This document shows, piece after piece, positions 61,091 through 64,000 of a stretch of DNA of 64,000 bases. Position numbers and translations under genes: made by a program. The stretch's first letter is position 1; each line of letters opens with the position of its first letter. Source of the stretch: Alphaproteobacteria bacterium (lineage in GTDB: Bacteria; Pseudomonadota; Alphaproteobacteria; Rickettsiales; JABCZZ01); the NCBI GenBank assembly GCA_013288335.1, contig JABDCC010000006.1, positions 4,859 to 68,858 on the forward strand. Direction: 5' to 3'. The notes beneath the pieces were generated by a model. The model saw nothing but the letters and a program-made list of their open reading frames with translations, made no database searches and was not told the origin of the DNA.

Positions 61091-62452
61091 ATGCAAGTCA
61101 AGGAAACCACAAAAGACGGTCTCAAACGCGGATATGCTGTAAAGCTGGATGCAAAAACCATAAATGAAAAAACGGAATCACAGCTCAAATCTATGGGCGA
61201 AAAAGTTAAAATCCCAGGATTCAGGCCAGGAAAAATACCACTTAACGTTCTAAAGCAACGCTATGGTAAAAGTGTGATGGGCGAAGTCATTGAGCGCGCA
61301 GTCAATGATGCTACACATAATGTATTACACGACAATAACTTACGTCCTGCGACCACCCCTAAGGTTGAAATCACTTCGTATGAAGAAGGTGGTGATTTGG
61401 ATTTCAAAATGGACCTGGAAGTTTTGCCGGAAATAATAGAGCCTGACTATTCAAAAATTACCCTCGAGAAACTGGTAAGTGATATTGATGAAAAGGAAGT
61501 AGACGAAGCAGTAAGCCGTTTGGCTGAGCGCAATAAAGCGTTTGTGCGTCGTGAAAAAGGCGCTAAAGCCCAAAAAGGCGATCAGCTACTCATGGATTTC
61601 ACCGGCAAAGTAGACGGTGTTGCATTTGAAGGTGGCGCGGCCAAAAAATTCCATCTTGAACTTGGCAGCGGTAGTTTTATTCCGGGCTTTGAAGACCAAC
61701 TCATTGGCGCAAAAGAAGGCAGCGATGTGGTGGTGAAAGTAACGTTCCCCGCCAGCTACCATAAAGAAGACTTAGCCGGAAAAGATGCCGAATTCGACGT
61801 GCATGTGCATGAAGTATTAAAAGGTGAAAAAGCTGAAGTGACCGATGAATTCGCCCAAAAATTCGGTTTTAATGACTTGGCAGCACTGCGCAAAGCGGTC
61901 ACTGACCAATTCACTGGTGACTATGAAGCGGCATCGCGCAGCAAAATGAAGAAACAGCTTTTTGACAAGCTCGAAAAAGATACAAGTTTTGCCATTCCGC
62001 AAAGCATGTTGGATGTAGAGTTCAATTCCATCTGGGATAAGCTTAAACAGGCTCAGAAAGAAGGCGACGAAGCTTTATCTGGCAAGAGCGACGACGAGCT
62101 TCGCAAAGAATACACCAAGATTGCTGAGCGCCGTGTGCGCCTCGGGATTCTTCTTTCTGAAATTGCCCAGAAAAACAAAATCCAGATCAATCAGGACGAG
62201 CTTTCAAAGGCTATCATGCAGCAGGCCAAGCAATTCCCTGGTCAAGAACGCGTGATATTCGAATTTTACCAGAAAAACCCCCAGCATCTCCAGGAACTGC
62301 GTGGTCCGATTATGGAAGAAAAATCAGTTGATTTTATTCTCGCTAAAGCCAAAATCAACGAACGTAAAGTAAGCCACGAAGAACTGATGAGTGAAGAATC
62401 GGAAGAAGCCGAAACTTCCACCAAAAAACCCTCCAAGAAGAAAACTGCATAG
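61091..62452 (+). CDS. tig: Trigger factor
   Basis: GFRPGKIP ribosome-binding motif, FIPGFEDQL. Confidence 0.98.
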   Translation: MQVKETTKDGLKRGYAVKLDAKTINEKTESQLKSMGEKVKIPGFRPGKIPLNVLKQRYGKSVMGEVIERAVNDATHNVLHDNNLRPATTPKVEITSYEEGGDLDFKMDLEVLPEIIEPDYSKITLEKLVSDIDEKEVDEAVSRLAERNKAFVRREKGAKAQKGDQLLMDFTGKVDGVAFEGGAAKKFHLELGSGSFIPGFEDQLIGAKEGSDVVVKVTFPASYHKEDLAGKDAEFDVHVHEVLKGEKAEVTDEFAQKFGFNDLAALRKAVTDQFTGDYEAASRSKMKKQLFDKLEKDTSFAIPQSMLDVEFNSIWDKLKQAQKEGDEALSGKSDDELRKEYTKIAERRVRLGILLSEIAQKNKIQINQDELSKAIMQQAKQFPGQERVIFEFYQKNPQHLQELRGPIMEEKSVDFILAKAKINERKVSHEELMSEESEEAETSTKKPSKKKTA

Positions 62453-62460
62453 GAAATATT

Positions 62461-63132
62461 ATGACATTCTTTGATATTAAAAATATAGCTGACCAGATGA
62501 GTAACTCCGGTAACGAAGCACATATGGATCTCGTCCCGATGGTGGTGGAACAAACCAGCCGCGGCGAACGCGCTTACGATATTTTCTCGCGCCTCTTAAA
62601 AGAACGCATCATTTTCTTAACCGGTCAGGTGCATGACGGCATGGCATCGCTTATTGTGGCACAGCTTTTGTTCCTTGAATCGGAAAATCCTGAAAAAGAA
62701 ATTTCCATGTACATCAATTCCCCCGGTGGCGTGGTGACTGCAGGGCTTTCGATTTACGATACCATGCAATATATAAAACCAAAAGTCTCCACCCTTTGCA
62801 TTGGCCAGGCCGCTTCCATGGGCTCACTGTTGCTTACTGCAGGCGCGACCGGAAAGCGTTACGCAACTCCGAATGCACGCATCATGATTCACCAACCTTC
62901 CGGCGGGTTCCAGGGTCAGGCTTCCGACATCGAAATCCACGCGAAAGAAATTATCTCGTTGCGCCACCGCCTCAATGAAATTTATGTAAAACACACCGGC
63001 CAGAAACTCTCTACCGTTGAAAAAGCGATGGATCGCGATAATTTCATGTCAGCAGAAACCGCTAAGGATTTCGGCCTTATCGATGAAATCATCGAAAACC
63101 GTCCAGCAGAAAAAGAAGATAAGAAGAAGTAG
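62461..63132 (+). CDS. clpP: ATP-dependent Clp protease proteolytic subunit
   Basis: [30 protein letters not shown]; exact start uncertain. Confidence 0.98.
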   Translation: MTFFDIKNIADQMSNSGNEAHMDLVPMVVEQTSRGERAYDIFSRLLKERIIFLTGQVHDGMASLIVAQLLFLESENPEKEISMYINSPGGVVTAGLSIYDTMQYIKPKVSTLCIGQAASMGSLLLTAGATGKRYATPNARIMIHQPSGGFQGQASDIEIHAKEIISLRHRLNEIYVKHTGQKLSTVEKAMDRDNFMSAETAKDFGLIDEIIENRPAEKEDKKK

Positions 63133-63169
63133 GTAAAGTTTTTTAGGGGACACGCTGCCCCCAGAAATA

Positions 63170-63784
63170 CTAAGCCCTTCCCTTCACAAACCTCGTACCA
63201 CAGATAAGGTTATGGAAGCCGGTTTTGTCTTTGGGCAAAGCAATGGAAAGCGCCCATATCACGGAAAGAAACAGCGCAAGCGCGAGTGCTGCATAGGTTA
63301 AACCAATAAAGCTTGCAAAGGGTATATTGATAAGTGTTTCAATTTCCCTCTGGCAATCGTCCATTGCCATATTTTCCGTCTGGCAACTGTTTAACAAATC
63401 CCGCACCGCAAATATGTCAAAACGCGATTGCAGATAAATAACCCCGGCAAAACAGAAACTCCAACCCACCGCCCCGCTTATGCCCCACATCAGCGCGCGC
63501 AAATAACTGATACGCTCGCCTTCTACATCACAGATATGAAATTTTAGGAGATACATTCCCGGCGAAGCCCTGAGAGGACTTGCGAAAAACCAGGCATAGG
63601 TGAGTAAAGCAAAAACGAAAAAAACACCTTCTGCCCACCAATGGGAGAGATTATTAAATGCCAAGCCTATACCATAGTAAAACGGTATATAAACGATGAT
63701 ATCAATGACCGCTGCAAGAAAACGCAACCAAAAACCAGCATAATTATTGTGATCCAAAGCATTTTCTGCTGTACTGTCTGCCAC
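63170..63784 (-). CDS. RDD-family membrane protein
   Basis: YAGFWLRFLA..ID, SPG, HNLICGT.FVK. Confidence 0.85.
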   Translation of the reverse strand: MADSTAENALDHNNYAGFWLRFLAAVIDIIVYIPFYYGIGLAFNNLSHWWAEGVFFVFALLTYAWFFASPLRASPGMYLLKFHICDVEGERISYLRALMWGISGAVGWSFCFAGVIYLQSRFDIFAVRDLLNSCQTENMAMDDCQREIETLINIPFASFIGLTYAALALALFLSVIWALSIALPKDKTGFHNLICGTRFVKGRA

Positions 63785-63810
63785 GTTTTATTCCTAGATA
63801 TAGTTTGGAG

Positions 63811-63839
63811 AACTGTAAGATAATTATACAGTTTGTCAA
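63811..63839 (-). promoter_or_regulatory. Sigma-70-like promoter overlapped by a 7-9-7 dyad
   Basis: Minus strand TTGACA-N16-TACAGT; dyad AACTGTA-N9-TACAGTT at 63811-63833. Confidence 0.5.
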
Positions 63840-63860
63840 GAGGTTAACACAGGATAGTGC

Positions 63861-64000
63861 ATGAGAATACTTTTATCAGCAGCGGCAGTATTGGGGATGC
63901 CATCATTTCCAGCGGTATACTGAATCATCTCCTTATCCAATATCCCCAAGCGAATTTCACCATTGCAGCAGGCCCCGCTGCTGTAACCTTGTTTGAAGCA
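63861..64000 (+). pseudogene. GT9 (LPS heptosyltransferase-like) gene, 5' part, with apparent 1-nt deletion
   Basis: Adding one T to the run at 63871-63874 gives MRILFISSGSIGDAIISSGILNHLLIQYPQANFTIAAGPAAVTLFEA, a typical GT9 N-terminus; as written the frame stops at 63923. Confidence 0.7.

Overview
A gene-dense chromosomal window from an alphaproteobacterium, shown by divK-pleD, the fliF-fliG-fliH-fliN-flbD-flhA operon and a CtrA-type box. The archaeal-type (type 2) ValRS hints at a Rickettsiales-related lineage, yet the organism is motile and biosynthetically capable (trpEGDC, argH, lysA, ilvE, pyrB/C/F/G). Most of the window is housekeeping: phoR-pstCA, two flagellar clusters, valS-lepA, tpiA-secG-pyrG, and tRNA-Leu-tig-clpP. 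No CRISPR array, rRNA, prophage or IS element is visible. The main discovery is four unrelated orphan genes (2783-4132, 27084-28268, 41573-41965, 42062-42745) slotted between conserved genes that all share one promoter architecture: 11-bp-periodic half-sites (core TGTCA-N8-TAACA), a 10-11 nt spacer, then a -10-like hexamer with an upstream TG. They also have low-complexity, basic C-terminal tails, and one has a clan-CD His/Cys protease signature. Together these suggest a dispersed, co-regulated set of secreted effectors. The second highlight is a FliW-type CsrA inside a flagellar cluster, together with a degenerate flagellin whose Shine-Dalgarno lies in a CsrA-type GGA hairpin. All product calls are from motif recognition by eye; no searches were run.
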